Shown in pieces: positions 1 through 7,822 of a stretch of 11,162 nt of DNA. Origin of the DNA: Coleofasciculus chthonoplastes F2-STO-03 (lineage in GTDB: Bacteria > Cyanobacteriota > Cyanobacteriia > Cyanobacteriales > Coleofasciculaceae); NCBI GenBank assembly GCA_040222015.1, contig JAVJWO010000109.1, positions 1 through 11,162 on the forward strand. The letters run 5' to 3'. How positions within the stretch are numbered: position 1 is the first letter of the stretch; every line of letters begins with the position of its first letter. Under the pieces are notes generated by a model that made no database searches, had not been told where the DNA came from, and worked only from the letters and a program-made list of their open reading frames with translations. A program made the translations under genes and the position numbers.

Positions 1-48
1 CTGTGCAGTCTTGAGGGTTCTTCTCTACACCCACAGAACCACAACCTT
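1..48 (+). other. 23S-5S rRNA spacer, including the probable 3' arm of the 23S processing stem
   Basis: Lies directly upstream of the 5S gene. CTGTGCAGTCTTGAGGGTTC (1-20) is roughly complementary to the boxA-containing sequence GAACCTTGAAAACTGCATAG that I recall from cyanobacterial 16S-23S spacers. The partner sequence is outside the window. Confidence 0.6.
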
Positions 49-167
49 GTCTGGTGTCTCTGGCGCAATGGCTCCACTCCGAACCCATCCCGAACTCGGC
101 TGTGAAACGTTGCTGCGGCGAAGATACTTTGGGGGTAGCCCTCTGGGAAAATAGCTCGATGCCAGAC
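49..167 (+). rRNA. rrf: 5S ribosomal RNA
   Basis: 119 nt with closing stem GTCTGG...CCAGAC and the conserved 5S motifs CCCATCCCGAACTC, GTGAAAC, GCGGCGAAGATAC and GAAAATAGCTCGATGCCAG. Confidence 0.97.
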
Positions 168-185
168 TTTTTATTTTATTTATAT

Positions 186-226
186 ATAAAACCCTCTTTT
201 CTTCACCGAAAGAGGGTTTTATTTGT
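186..226. terminator. Rho-independent terminator of the rRNA operon, probably bidirectional
   Basis: Perfect 14-bp stem ATAAAACCCTCTTT (186-199) / AAAGAGGGTTTTAT (209-222) with T runs on both strands, between the convergent 5S and cyclase genes. Confidence 0.85.
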
Positions 227-291
227 TCTATTTAGCTTTTTTCGCCGGAACCCACTTAGTCTTTTAGTCTTGGGCAACAGTATCCTATTAT

Positions 292-2007
292 TCAACATTC
301 AACACTATCTTTTTTTGCTTCTTTTCTGTTCTTTAGTAAGTACGTCATCATTTCACCCTTACCTTTAACCTGAATCGTACCTCGCTCTTCAAACTGATAC
401 TTATCCCGCAAATATTGATAGGTTGAGGCACTTACTTGAATCCCCCCAGGAATTCCGTGGGATTCCATGCGGCTAGCGGTATTAACCGCATCCCCCCATA
501 AGTCATAGATAAACTTTTTTGTGCCAATCACTCCAGCAACCACTGGTCCAGTGTTAATGCCAATTCGGATTTTAAACGGTTCACCATATTTAGCGCTAAA
601 TTGAGCCATTTGCTGTTGCATCTCTAATGCCATATCCGCGATCGCGTCGGCATGATTATCGCAGGGTGTGGGTAATCCGCCGACAACCATATAAGCATCG
701 CCAATGGTTTTAATTTTCTCCAACCCATAAGTTTCGGTGAGCTGATCAAAGGCGGAAAAAATTTCATTGAGTAGTTTTACCAATTCTGTTGCCGATACTC
801 GTTGCGAAAGCTGGGTAAAACCCACGATATCCGCAAATAATACTGTCGCCTCCGTGAAGCTATCGGCAATCGTCTGCTGGTTTTGTTTCAAGCGATCGGC
901 AATCGGTTTGGGTAAGATATTCAGCAGCAGGAGTTCTGATTTTTCTCGTTCTGCCTCAATCTCAGCCGTGTAATGTAGTGATCGCACAATATACATAACC
1001 AATGTTCCGGTTAATAGCAAGCCACTCAACAGGGTTACTCCAGCCAGAGGCGGAATTCCAAAACCTGAATTTTGTGGTATTTTCCAGAAACTGAGTGACA
1101 ATTGCTGATCAGCCACTTGAATCGGGTGGGTATAAATGAGATGGTTACGACAAGATGATAGATCAGGCTTCATCTCAACCGTTTTTATCCGCGATTGATA
1201 CAGCGCCAGATAACGTTCTGGAGAGGGTAAAGACGGATCAGATAGGCAAAAATTCAGCGTATCAATCTGAAGCCCTTTCAGTGAAGTCGTGATAATTTTC
1301 TCTAAAGAATAAACCCCAATTATTGCCCCTCGAAAAGCCTGACGGCGAGTTTCCGGCGTATTGTGAGGCATATCCTTATGGTAAAGCGGCAGCAAAATCG
1401 TCAGACTATCGGGTGGTTTACCAGGTATCTTTAGCTTACTCGTGGCGACTAATTGTCCTGTCGTTCGTGCTTTTTCCAGTAGGGTTTTTCCCACGGGATG
1501 AGACGCCAGATCAAAGCCGATGACATCTTTTTGCGGAGAAAACGTAATCGGAAAATAATTTGGACGTACCTTAGCAATAACCTGTTTTTTTACGGGATGG
1601 TATTCATAAATTGAAAAATTGGCAAACCCCATTTTTGCCATCTGTGCTTCATAACTGGGGCGTTCCCTAGCCGACACAGGTTTAAGCCAACCCAGAGTCA
1701 AAATGCCTGAATGGATAGAAAGAAAATGCTGGGTAAACGCTTCATAATCATCTTGCTGCACCTGATCAGACGCTTCGTGAAACGCGCCCAAAGATACAAC
1801 CATATAATAATATTCATCAATTTTACGCTGGAATGTGGTTGTCAGGTTATCGGCTTGTTCTTGTAATTGTAGTCGGGTTTGGTTATTTGCCCATCCCCAA
1901 GCCGTTACAGTTGCGGCAATTGACAGTCCAATCCCCACACTAAGGGTTAACCCAACGGGAATATAGCGATAAATCTTAGACAACAAGGGTGTTTTGGTTT
2001 TAATCAT
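292..2007 (-). CDS. Membrane-anchored CHASE-domain class III adenylate/guanylate cyclase (adenylate-type residues)
   Basis: TM helix (IPVGLTLSVGIGLSIAATV), CHASE motifs (ERPSYE, RPNYFPI, IGFDLAS, ART.G), second TM, coiled coil (EREKSELLLLNILP), then the cyclase domain: VLFADIVGFT, EKIKTIGDAYM, IRIGINTGPVVAGVIG, YDLWGDAVNTASRMES. Start is uncertain: ATG 2007 chosen, ATG 2055 and TTG 2085 are alternatives. Confidence 0.93.
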   Translation of the reverse strand: MIKTKTPLLSKIYRYIPVGLTLSVGIGLSIAATVTAWGWANNQTRLQLQEQADNLTTTFQRKIDEYYYMVVSLGAFHEASDQVQQDDYEAFTQHFLSIHSGILTLGWLKPVSARERPSYEAQMAKMGFANFSIYEYHPVKKQVIAKVRPNYFPITFSPQKDVIGFDLASHPVGKTLLEKARTTGQLVATSKLKIPGKPPDSLTILLPLYHKDMPHNTPETRRQAFRGAIIGVYSLEKIITTSLKGLQIDTLNFCLSDPSLPSPERYLALYQSRIKTVEMKPDLSSCRNHLIYTHPIQVADQQLSLSFWKIPQNSGFGIPPLAGVTLLSGLLLTGTLVMYIVRSLHYTAEIEAEREKSELLLLNILPKPIADRLKQNQQTIADSFTEATVLFADIVGFTQLSQRVSATELVKLLNEIFSAFDQLTETYGLEKIKTIGDAYMVVGGLPTPCDNHADAIADMALEMQQQMAQFSAKYGEPFKIRIGINTGPVVAGVIGTKKFIYDLWGDAVNTASRMESHGIPGGIQVSASTYQYLRDKYQFEERGTIQVKGKGEMMTYLLKNRKEAKKDSVEC

Positions 2008-2501
2008 CAGCCAAGCACTTCCATTAATTAACCTGGCACAAGAGACTGAACTCATGAGTACGGCGTCACAAAATTCAAGATTCAAAAGGCTTACATGGCA
2101 AGCGTTTCGGTAACTTTGAATAATTGCTTTGTTTCTGCTGCGCTGTACTCATCAATTGTCAGAACAGTTCAAAATACCAGTTTTACTGTGATTACACCCT
2201 GCTTTACTATTGACGCAAAGGATTTAATTGTCAAGGTATGAAGATAAAGGGTAAAAGGGTATTAAGAGTAGCTCATTGTTGGCTCATGTTTAACGATAGG
2301 ATTAACTCCTCTTAATATTCTGCATCCTGTGCTTTGTCCTCTGCCTTATCTTCACGAAATAACGCGATGAATCCGGAAGTTTTTTTGCGATCAGAAAATA
2401 AGTCATCATTTCCCCCTTCCCTTTCACTGGAATGGTTCCCCGTTCTTGAAACACATAGTTATACTGTCAATGCTGATACATTGTGATATCACCCTGGTTA
2501 G

Positions 2502-2655
2502 TAAGTAGGTGGGGACAATTAAAGTGAACGGTGGAGATCGTCATTTGTCATACTCGCGAGAGCGAGAAGCAAGCTACGTCATTCGTCCTTTGTAAGGGTT
2601 TGAGGATTGTTTACATCACTTAATATAGTTGAGTTTATTTCCACCAACCTACTTA
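2502..2655. mobile_element. 154-bp MITE-like element with TA ends
   Basis: Terminal inverted repeats TAAGTAGGTGGGGACAATTAAAGTGAAC and (reverse complement of right end) TAAGTAGGTTGGTGGAAATAAACTCAAC match at 21/28, with the first 9 identical. No coding capacity. Confidence 0.75.
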
Positions 2656-2656
2656 A

Positions 2657-2780
2657 GTTTGTAGTAAGGGCTTTAGCCTAAATTTGGTTAGGTATATTGG
2701 CATAACGCCAACCAACAAACTAACCTAAACTTTTGTCGTCAGTTTTAGCATTTTAAGGCACTAAACTGCCTACTACGAAC
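2657..2780. repeat. REPIN-like inverted pair of GTAG-type REP sequences
   Basis: GTTTGTAGTAAGGGCTTTAGCC (2657-2678) and GGCACTAAACTGCCTACTACGAAC (2757-2780; reverse complement GTTCGTAGTAGGCAGTTTAGTGCC). A related copy lies at 7682-7705. Confidence 0.65.
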
Positions 2781-3008
2781 GAACTTCACATCCTGATTTA
2801 GGTATGCCACATTAATCTGAAAATTGCCTGAGAAGGGAGGTAGAATTCGATAAATAATGATTATAGTATCTATGCCTACCTGATTGCCAATTTTTGTAAG
2901 ACATTATGAATCTATAAAAACAGCCGTTAATGCTTTAAAGCGCAACGCGATCGCTAAAACCAAATATCTTCGGTAAAATCTCAATGGTAGTCGTTATCCT
3001 CAACGCTT

Positions 3009-3785
3009 GTGAGTTCTCATCCCACCAATCCAATCCAGACTCCTCCAGACTCAGCCATCCCCAACTCCATATTCCCTGGAGAAGTCTTTGCCAAGACGGC
3101 TGAGTTTGATCTGTGTATCCGGCAACTCTTGCCACACTATGATGAAATGCTAGCGAGCATCGCACGCTGTATCCCGTCTCAGGCGAAACGTATACTGGAT
3201 TTGGGGTGTGGGACTGGCGAATTGAGTTTCAAGGTATTCCAGCACTGTCGAGATGTCCAAGTCGTCGGCGTGGATTATTCTCCCCGGATGATCAAGTTTG
3301 CTAAAGCCAAGCTAGAGACAGCCGGATATCGTCAACAGTGGACAGGTATCGAAGGAGATTTTGGTGATTGGGCAAATCATCAGTTATCGGTTGGACAGGG
3401 TTTTGATGCTTGTATTTCCTCACTAGCTATTCATCATTTAACGGATGAAATGAAGGTCAAACTGTTTACTAAAATTCGGGAAAGCCTTAAGCCTGGCGGT
3501 GTGTTTTGGAATGCTGATCCGGTTGTTCCTGAATCACCAATTTTGTCAGAAACCTATAAGCGTATTCGCGACGAATGGTGTGTACAACAGGGAACCACGT
3601 TAGCCGAAGTCAGGACGAAAACAGGCAAAAGTATTCCCTATGGATATTCTCAACCGGATCAATTAGCCACATTAGCAGCCCATTTAGACATGTTGAAAGC
3701 GGCTGGGTTTGAATCTGTAGCCGTACCTTGGAAATATTACGGGTTAGCTGTATTTGGTGGAGAAAAGACAGAAGGCAAAGGGTAG
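3009..3785 (+). CDS. Class I SAM-dependent methyltransferase (CmoA-like fold, substrate unknown)
   Basis: Motif I ILDLGCGTG, followed by VGVDYSPRMI, EGDF, FDACISSLAIHHL and LKPGGVF. GTG start is uncertain. Confidence 0.92.
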   Translation: MSSHPTNPIQTPPDSAIPNSIFPGEVFAKTAEFDLCIRQLLPHYDEMLASIARCIPSQAKRILDLGCGTGELSFKVFQHCRDVQVVGVDYSPRMIKFAKAKLETAGYRQQWTGIEGDFGDWANHQLSVGQGFDACISSLAIHHLTDEMKVKLFTKIRESLKPGGVFWNADPVVPESPILSETYKRIRDEWCVQQGTTLAEVRTKTGKSIPYGYSQPDQLATLAAHLDMLKAAGFESVAVPWKYYGLAVFGGEKTEGKG

Positions 3786-3884
3786 GGGAGCATCCCAATT
3801 TTGCGCGTTAGCTCTTTTTAGAGGGTTGAAACCATTGAAATATCGTTGCTTTTGGGAATGGTGTTTCCAAAATGGGATGCTCCC
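3786..3884. mobile_element. 99-bp MITE-like inverted-repeat element
   Basis: GGGAGCATCCCAATTTTG (3786-3803) and CAAAATGGGATGCTCCC (3868-3884): 12-bp perfect terminal inverted repeat, extending to 17 bp with one indel. Begins immediately after the methyltransferase stop codon. Confidence 0.7.
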
Positions 3885-3936
3885 AAGGGTAGCAGGGGAG
3901 ATGCGGGAGATGAGGGAGAGAAGAATTTTCTTAGCG

Positions 3937-3979
3937 GAACAATGAACAATGAACAATGAACCATCAACAAATGACAAAT
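3937..3979. repeat. Short heptamer tandem repeat (AATGAAC)3 plus degenerate copies (STRR-like)
   Basis: AATGAAC x3 at 3941-3961, then CATCAAC and AAATGAC. Abuts the stop codon of the DUF362 gene. Confidence 0.8.
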
Positions 3980-5080
3980 CTAAATAGTCAATAATTTACG
4001 GATTTGATCTGCCATAGTTTGGCTAGCGCTATCCGCCGTTACCAGTTCAATTTGTTCAGCACTGCTAGCACCCAATCCGAGTTCTACCGCTCTTTTAATT
4101 TGCTCTAACTCCCAAATTGAACCACTAGAAACCGCGTCAGTGGTGCCAAGCGATCGCAAGATGGCAATGGCAACAGCATCAACCGCCACGCGATCGGTTC
4201 CCGCCAGCATTACCCCGGCTTTTACCTTCTTCCCAGAGGCGGGTCCGCCATTGACAAAAGCCTCTACCCCATCTAATAGAATCAGCGCTGGTTTGTAGGC
4301 TTGGTTAATTTCAGCAATCATGACTCGTTGGTGAGGGGAGGAATGTAAATCCTGCATATAATTAAACGAATCCCCAGGCACATATTTGGCAACCATCCCC
4401 ACGGAATTCTTCAGCGACAGGGTAAAATGACCGCCAAAACGATGGGTTTTTAAGCAACAGGTATTGATAATTGCCCCTGCATCTAAAATCGGACTGGCAA
4501 AGGCAAAGCCTTTTTGCCAGTGGGTTCCTTCGGCGGAAATGTACTGCCATTGATCAGCATCCATCTCATCAAAGACAATCGTCTCTAAGCCATAGCGATC
4601 TGCCAATTGAAACATCTGTTTTTGTTCCATGGCTTGACGAGTATTTGCCATCCCAGAGCGATCGCCAATGGTAATTCCTTTTGTACCAGCCTTCTGTAAG
4701 TCTTGCACCAGCGCCTCTAGGAGTTGCGTATCCGTGGCGGCTGGGGCGGGATCTCCGGTGTTATAGTTGGGCTTGAGAAATACAGTGCGATCAGAGATAC
4801 CCTCTGGTTGTAGCAAGTCAAGTGCTTTCTGAGTTCCAGCTACTCGGTTATCGGTACGCACGAGAACAACTTTACTGACATTAACATTACCCGATGTAGA
4901 CTGGGCGATGGGGGTGGATGTAGTGGTGGGAACTGTCCCATCAACGGCTGCATCAGGTGCTGGCGAGGTGGAATTCACGGTTCTGCAAGCCGCAGGTAGA
5001 ATCGATGTTCCTGCAGCCAGTGCTGCTAAACGCAGAACACGGCGTCTTTTGTACTTGCGAGTCGAGTTATCGGGTTGCAT
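3980..5080 (-). CDS. DUF362-family protein with putative twin-arginine lipoprotein signal
   Basis: N-terminal KRRRVLRLAALAAGTSILPAAC, a T/S/P-rich linker, and DUF362-like motifs VFLKPNYN, ITIGDRSG, CLKTHRFGGHFTLSLKNSVG, LILLDG and GTDRVAVDAV. Confidence 0.85.
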   Translation of the reverse strand: MQPDNSTRKYKRRRVLRLAALAAGTSILPAACRTVNSTSPAPDAAVDGTVPTTTSTPIAQSTSGNVNVSKVVLVRTDNRVAGTQKALDLLQPEGISDRTVFLKPNYNTGDPAPAATDTQLLEALVQDLQKAGTKGITIGDRSGMANTRQAMEQKQMFQLADRYGLETIVFDEMDADQWQYISAEGTHWQKGFAFASPILDAGAIINTCCLKTHRFGGHFTLSLKNSVGMVAKYVPGDSFNYMQDLHSSPHQRVMIAEINQAYKPALILLDGVEAFVNGGPASGKKVKAGVMLAGTDRVAVDAVAIAILRSLGTTDAVSSGSIWELEQIKRAVELGLGASSAEQIELVTADSASQTMADQIRKLLTI

Positions 5081-5197
5081 GGTGGCTTGAGTTCAAAAAC
5101 AGCAGCTCTGAATTAAAAGAGTGGCTCAGAGCATTAAATCGCGATCAGATTTGGCTTGATGGCATTATAAATTAAAGAGGATAGGGAAATAGGGGCG

Positions 5198-6274
5198 ATG
5201 GCAAAGTATTCTCACCGACCAAAAAAGGATGACGCGGTTCTCAGGGGTAAAAATCCACCCCCAACTAAAGGCGTAGTCTTAGGTGGTATGGCTGGGGTGA
5301 GGATGCGTTTAACCTCTCTTGTCGTGGAACAACGTTTAGCCGCTATTAGCGAAGCCATCGCTTATGGGGATGCGGGGTTAAATTTAGTGCAGGAAGCTTT
5401 TGTGCAAGATGAATCCCCACGGGTACGACAAGCAGCACTCTTAATCCTGTGGAATAAGCAACAACCGTGGGTTCAACAAGCCATTCAACATTATGTTCCG
5501 GCTAATCGGGTTGCCTGGTGGCGGTTAAATGAAACCGAAGGAGACATCGCGGCGGATAGTTTGGGGGGAAATGATGGCACAATTAAGGGGGCAACACCAG
5601 TGACGATGGTTCCCGGTCGAATGCCGGGATTAGGCGGTGCGGGACACCCCGATGAAGTGAATTCGGAGTCTTATCGCTTTGTTGAATATGTTCTACCTCA
5701 AGGATTAGGGAGTGCGTTGCAATTTGATGGGGATGACTATGTGGAAATTCCCCATGGATCAGCCCTGAATTTTGGGGTTGGGGATTTCTCGATTGGTGTG
5801 GGCGTTAAAACTCGCTGTCGCGGACTTGAGGTGATTTTAGATAAGCGCGTGGAAACCTCTGGATCGGTGCAAGGATATTGTTTATATCTGCATCATGGTC
5901 GGTTGGGTTTACAATTAGCGGATGGAATCGAGTCAGCTTGGACGAATTATGATAGTCAGTGCTTAATTGCCGATGATCGCTGGCATTATCTGGTGGTTAC
6001 CGTTGACCGAGATGCGACTGATGGAGGACGATGGTATGTTGATGGGATTGAGTTGGGGAATCGGTTTAACCCGACGAGACGACAGGGTTCGCTGAATAAT
6101 TTTAAACCTCTGCGATTGGGACGACGTTCTGATCATCCGAGTTCACCGGGATTCTTTCAGGGTAGGATGAGTGATGTGCAACTGTTTAATCGATCGCTAG
6201 CCGCACCTGAGATTCTAGCGGTTTATCACAAGGTTGGGGTGAAGGGGACGCGATCGGGATTTATTCATAAGTAG
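5198..6274 (+). CDS. N-terminal HEAT-like helical module fused to a LamG/concanavalin-like jellyroll domain
   Basis: LamG-like motifs VAWWRLNE, ALQFDGDDYVEIP, DFSIGVGVK, DDRWHYLVVT, WYVDG and FQGRMSDVQLFNRSL. The first ~100 aa are homologous to those of the next gene. Confidence 0.88.
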   Translation: MAKYSHRPKKDDAVLRGKNPPPTKGVVLGGMAGVRMRLTSLVVEQRLAAISEAIAYGDAGLNLVQEAFVQDESPRVRQAALLILWNKQQPWVQQAIQHYVPANRVAWWRLNETEGDIAADSLGGNDGTIKGATPVTMVPGRMPGLGGAGHPDEVNSESYRFVEYVLPQGLGSALQFDGDDYVEIPHGSALNFGVGDFSIGVGVKTRCRGLEVILDKRVETSGSVQGYCLYLHHGRLGLQLADGIESAWTNYDSQCLIADDRWHYLVVTVDRDATDGGRWYVDGIELGNRFNPTRRQGSLNNFKPLRLGRRSDHPSSPGFFQGRMSDVQLFNRSLAAPEILAVYHKVGVKGTRSGFIHK

Positions 6275-6310
6275 TTAGTAGTTTGTGATATCTAATCTGA
6301 TGTTTTTTTA

Positions 6311-6340
6311 ACGCAGAGGTTTTCGCAGAGGGACGCAGAG
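6311..6340. repeat. Three CGCAGAG direct repeats (short dispersed-repeat remnant)
   Basis: ACGCAGAGgtttTCGCAGAGggACGCAGAG following a T tract. Confidence 0.55.
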
Positions 6341-6404
6341 AAATTGGTAGTATTTGGGGGGAGGTTTTATAGAATTGGAGAAGTAAACGGAAATAATAGT
6401 ATAG

Positions 6405-7610
6405 ATGATTATGGTGGAGCATTTTAATCAGCCCAGAGAGAATGACGCTGTTCTTGGTTCATCATATTGTGCCCCTCTGGGTGCAGTTATTTTAGGCGGG
6501 ATTGCAGGGGTTAAGCGGCGTCTGGCAAGTGACGATGAGACAGTGAAAATTGCTGCACTCAAAGATGCGCTGAAGTATGGAGAATCGGGTTTAGGGTTAA
6601 TTATCCCAGCCTTGCAAGATGAGTCAGCAAAAGTGCAGCGAGTTGCCTATTTACTGTTGCGCGATCGCACTGAACGAGAGGCGAAGCGGGCGTTAAATGC
6701 GTATCTCCCTTATCATCTGTTTGAGGATATCACAACGCATAAGGCGGGTCAATCCATTGCCATTAGTCCCGATGGGACAAGGATTACCTATTTACGCGGG
6801 AAAACTATTCGAGTTTACCATATCGAGACGCAAGAAATCCTCTACAAGATTCCAAAATATCCCAAAGCCAAAGAATTTTTGGCGTTGACTGATGATGTGA
6901 AAATAGTGGTGCGAGTCAGTAATGGTGCAAGTCATGTCATCGAGATTTGGGATCAGGGAGAACTTCGCCACAGTCTCTATGGACATCAAGATGTGATTCG
7001 GGCGATCGCGATTTGTCCTGATGGTCGAATTATCGCCAGTGGCAGTCAGGATACCACGATTAAACTTTGGCATCTAGAAACGGGTAAACTGATTTGTACG
7101 TTCAGTAATCAATTAACTCTAGGGGCGCATACGGATGAGATTTGGAGTCTTGCCTTTAGTGCGGATGGTAATACGTTAGTCAGTAGTAGTCGGGATGGCA
7201 AGATTAAGCTGTGGGATTGGCGGACAAGAGATCGACCTCGGACATTGAAAAGTTACGCTAACCAAGTGGCAATGAATCCTGATGGGTTGACGTTAGCGAG
7301 TACCAATTGGCAAGGACAAATCCAACTCTGGAATCTGGCGACTCACCAGGTTGAACATACGTTGGAGGGATATTATTATGCGGTGAATAGTCTTTTGTTT
7401 AGTCGATATGGGCGAATTTTAATCAGTGGTGGGAATGATGGGGGCATTAAGTTTTGGGATGTGGCGACGGGAAAGCAAATTCAAACATTGACGGGACATA
7501 AAGAGGCTGTAACCTGTCTGACGTTTTGTCGGGATGGGCAATACTTAGTTAGTGGAAGTTTGGATAAGACAATTAAGATATGGGGGTGTATAAATAATGA
7601 AATAATTTAG
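6405..7610 (+). CDS. N-terminal HEAT-like helical module fused to a WD40 beta-propeller
   Basis: Repeated GH...S.DG..ASGS.D.TIKLW units (e.g. GHQDVIRAIAICPDGRIIASGSQDTTIKLWH and GHKEAVTCLTFCRDGQYLVSGSLDKTIKIWG), about 7 blades with the first two degenerate. ATG at 6411 is an alternative start. Confidence 0.92.
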   Translation: MIMVEHFNQPRENDAVLGSSYCAPLGAVILGGIAGVKRRLASDDETVKIAALKDALKYGESGLGLIIPALQDESAKVQRVAYLLLRDRTEREAKRALNAYLPYHLFEDITTHKAGQSIAISPDGTRITYLRGKTIRVYHIETQEILYKIPKYPKAKEFLALTDDVKIVVRVSNGASHVIEIWDQGELRHSLYGHQDVIRAIAICPDGRIIASGSQDTTIKLWHLETGKLICTFSNQLTLGAHTDEIWSLAFSADGNTLVSSSRDGKIKLWDWRTRDRPRTLKSYANQVAMNPDGLTLASTNWQGQIQLWNLATHQVEHTLEGYYYAVNSLLFSRYGRILISGGNDGGIKFWDVATGKQIQTLTGHKEAVTCLTFCRDGQYLVSGSLDKTIKIWGCINNEII

Positions 7611-7681
7611 ATGAATAACATAAGAAAAATATACAGCTTATGATATCTTGCGACCTTACTCCTTCCCTTCTGCCTTGTCTT

Positions 7682-7705
7682 AAGACTAAAGTCCTTACTA
7701 CGAAC
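7682..7705 (-). repeat. GTAG-type REP sequence
   Basis: Reverse complement is GTTCGTAGTAAGGACTTTAGTCTT: GTAG followed by a short hairpin AGGACT-TT-AGTCTT. Same family as 2657-2780. Confidence 0.65.
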
Positions 7706-7742
7706 TTACATTTAGGCGTGTAATGTAAAATCCGTTACTGAT

Positions 7743-7794
7743 GGCGGGTTTTGTTGATCCATTATCGCAGATAAACTGAGTGAATAAACCCGCC
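7743..7794. repeat. Degenerate GGCGGGTTT...AAACCCGCC inverted repeat, possibly a terminator between convergent genes
   Basis: 9-bp inverted repeat arms identical to those of the 82-bp units at 9542-9779. Confidence 0.6.
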
Positions 7795-7822
7795 TTGACT
7801 ATAAGAATAAATGCTCGATTTT

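Noticed and set aside
54..368. 104-aa ORF on the + strand
   Set aside because: Overlaps the 5S rRNA and terminator; spurious.
2239..2354. Weak inverted repeat TGAAGATAA...TTATCTTCA
   Set aside because: Only a 9-bp core within degenerate purine/pyrimidine-rich repeats; too weak to call an element.
2866..2879. GTA-N8-TAC (NtcA-like box) upstream of the methyltransferase
   Set aside because: A 6-bp match is expected by chance, and there is no convincing -10 element at the canonical distance.
3009..3785. Assigning the gene symbol cmoA
   Set aside because: The fold resembles CmoA, but I cannot verify specificity residues and no cmoB is nearby.
3744..3977. Small ORFs 3744..3977 (-) and 3754..3945 (+)
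   Set aside because: Composed of MITE and heptamer-repeat sequence, with no protein-like features.
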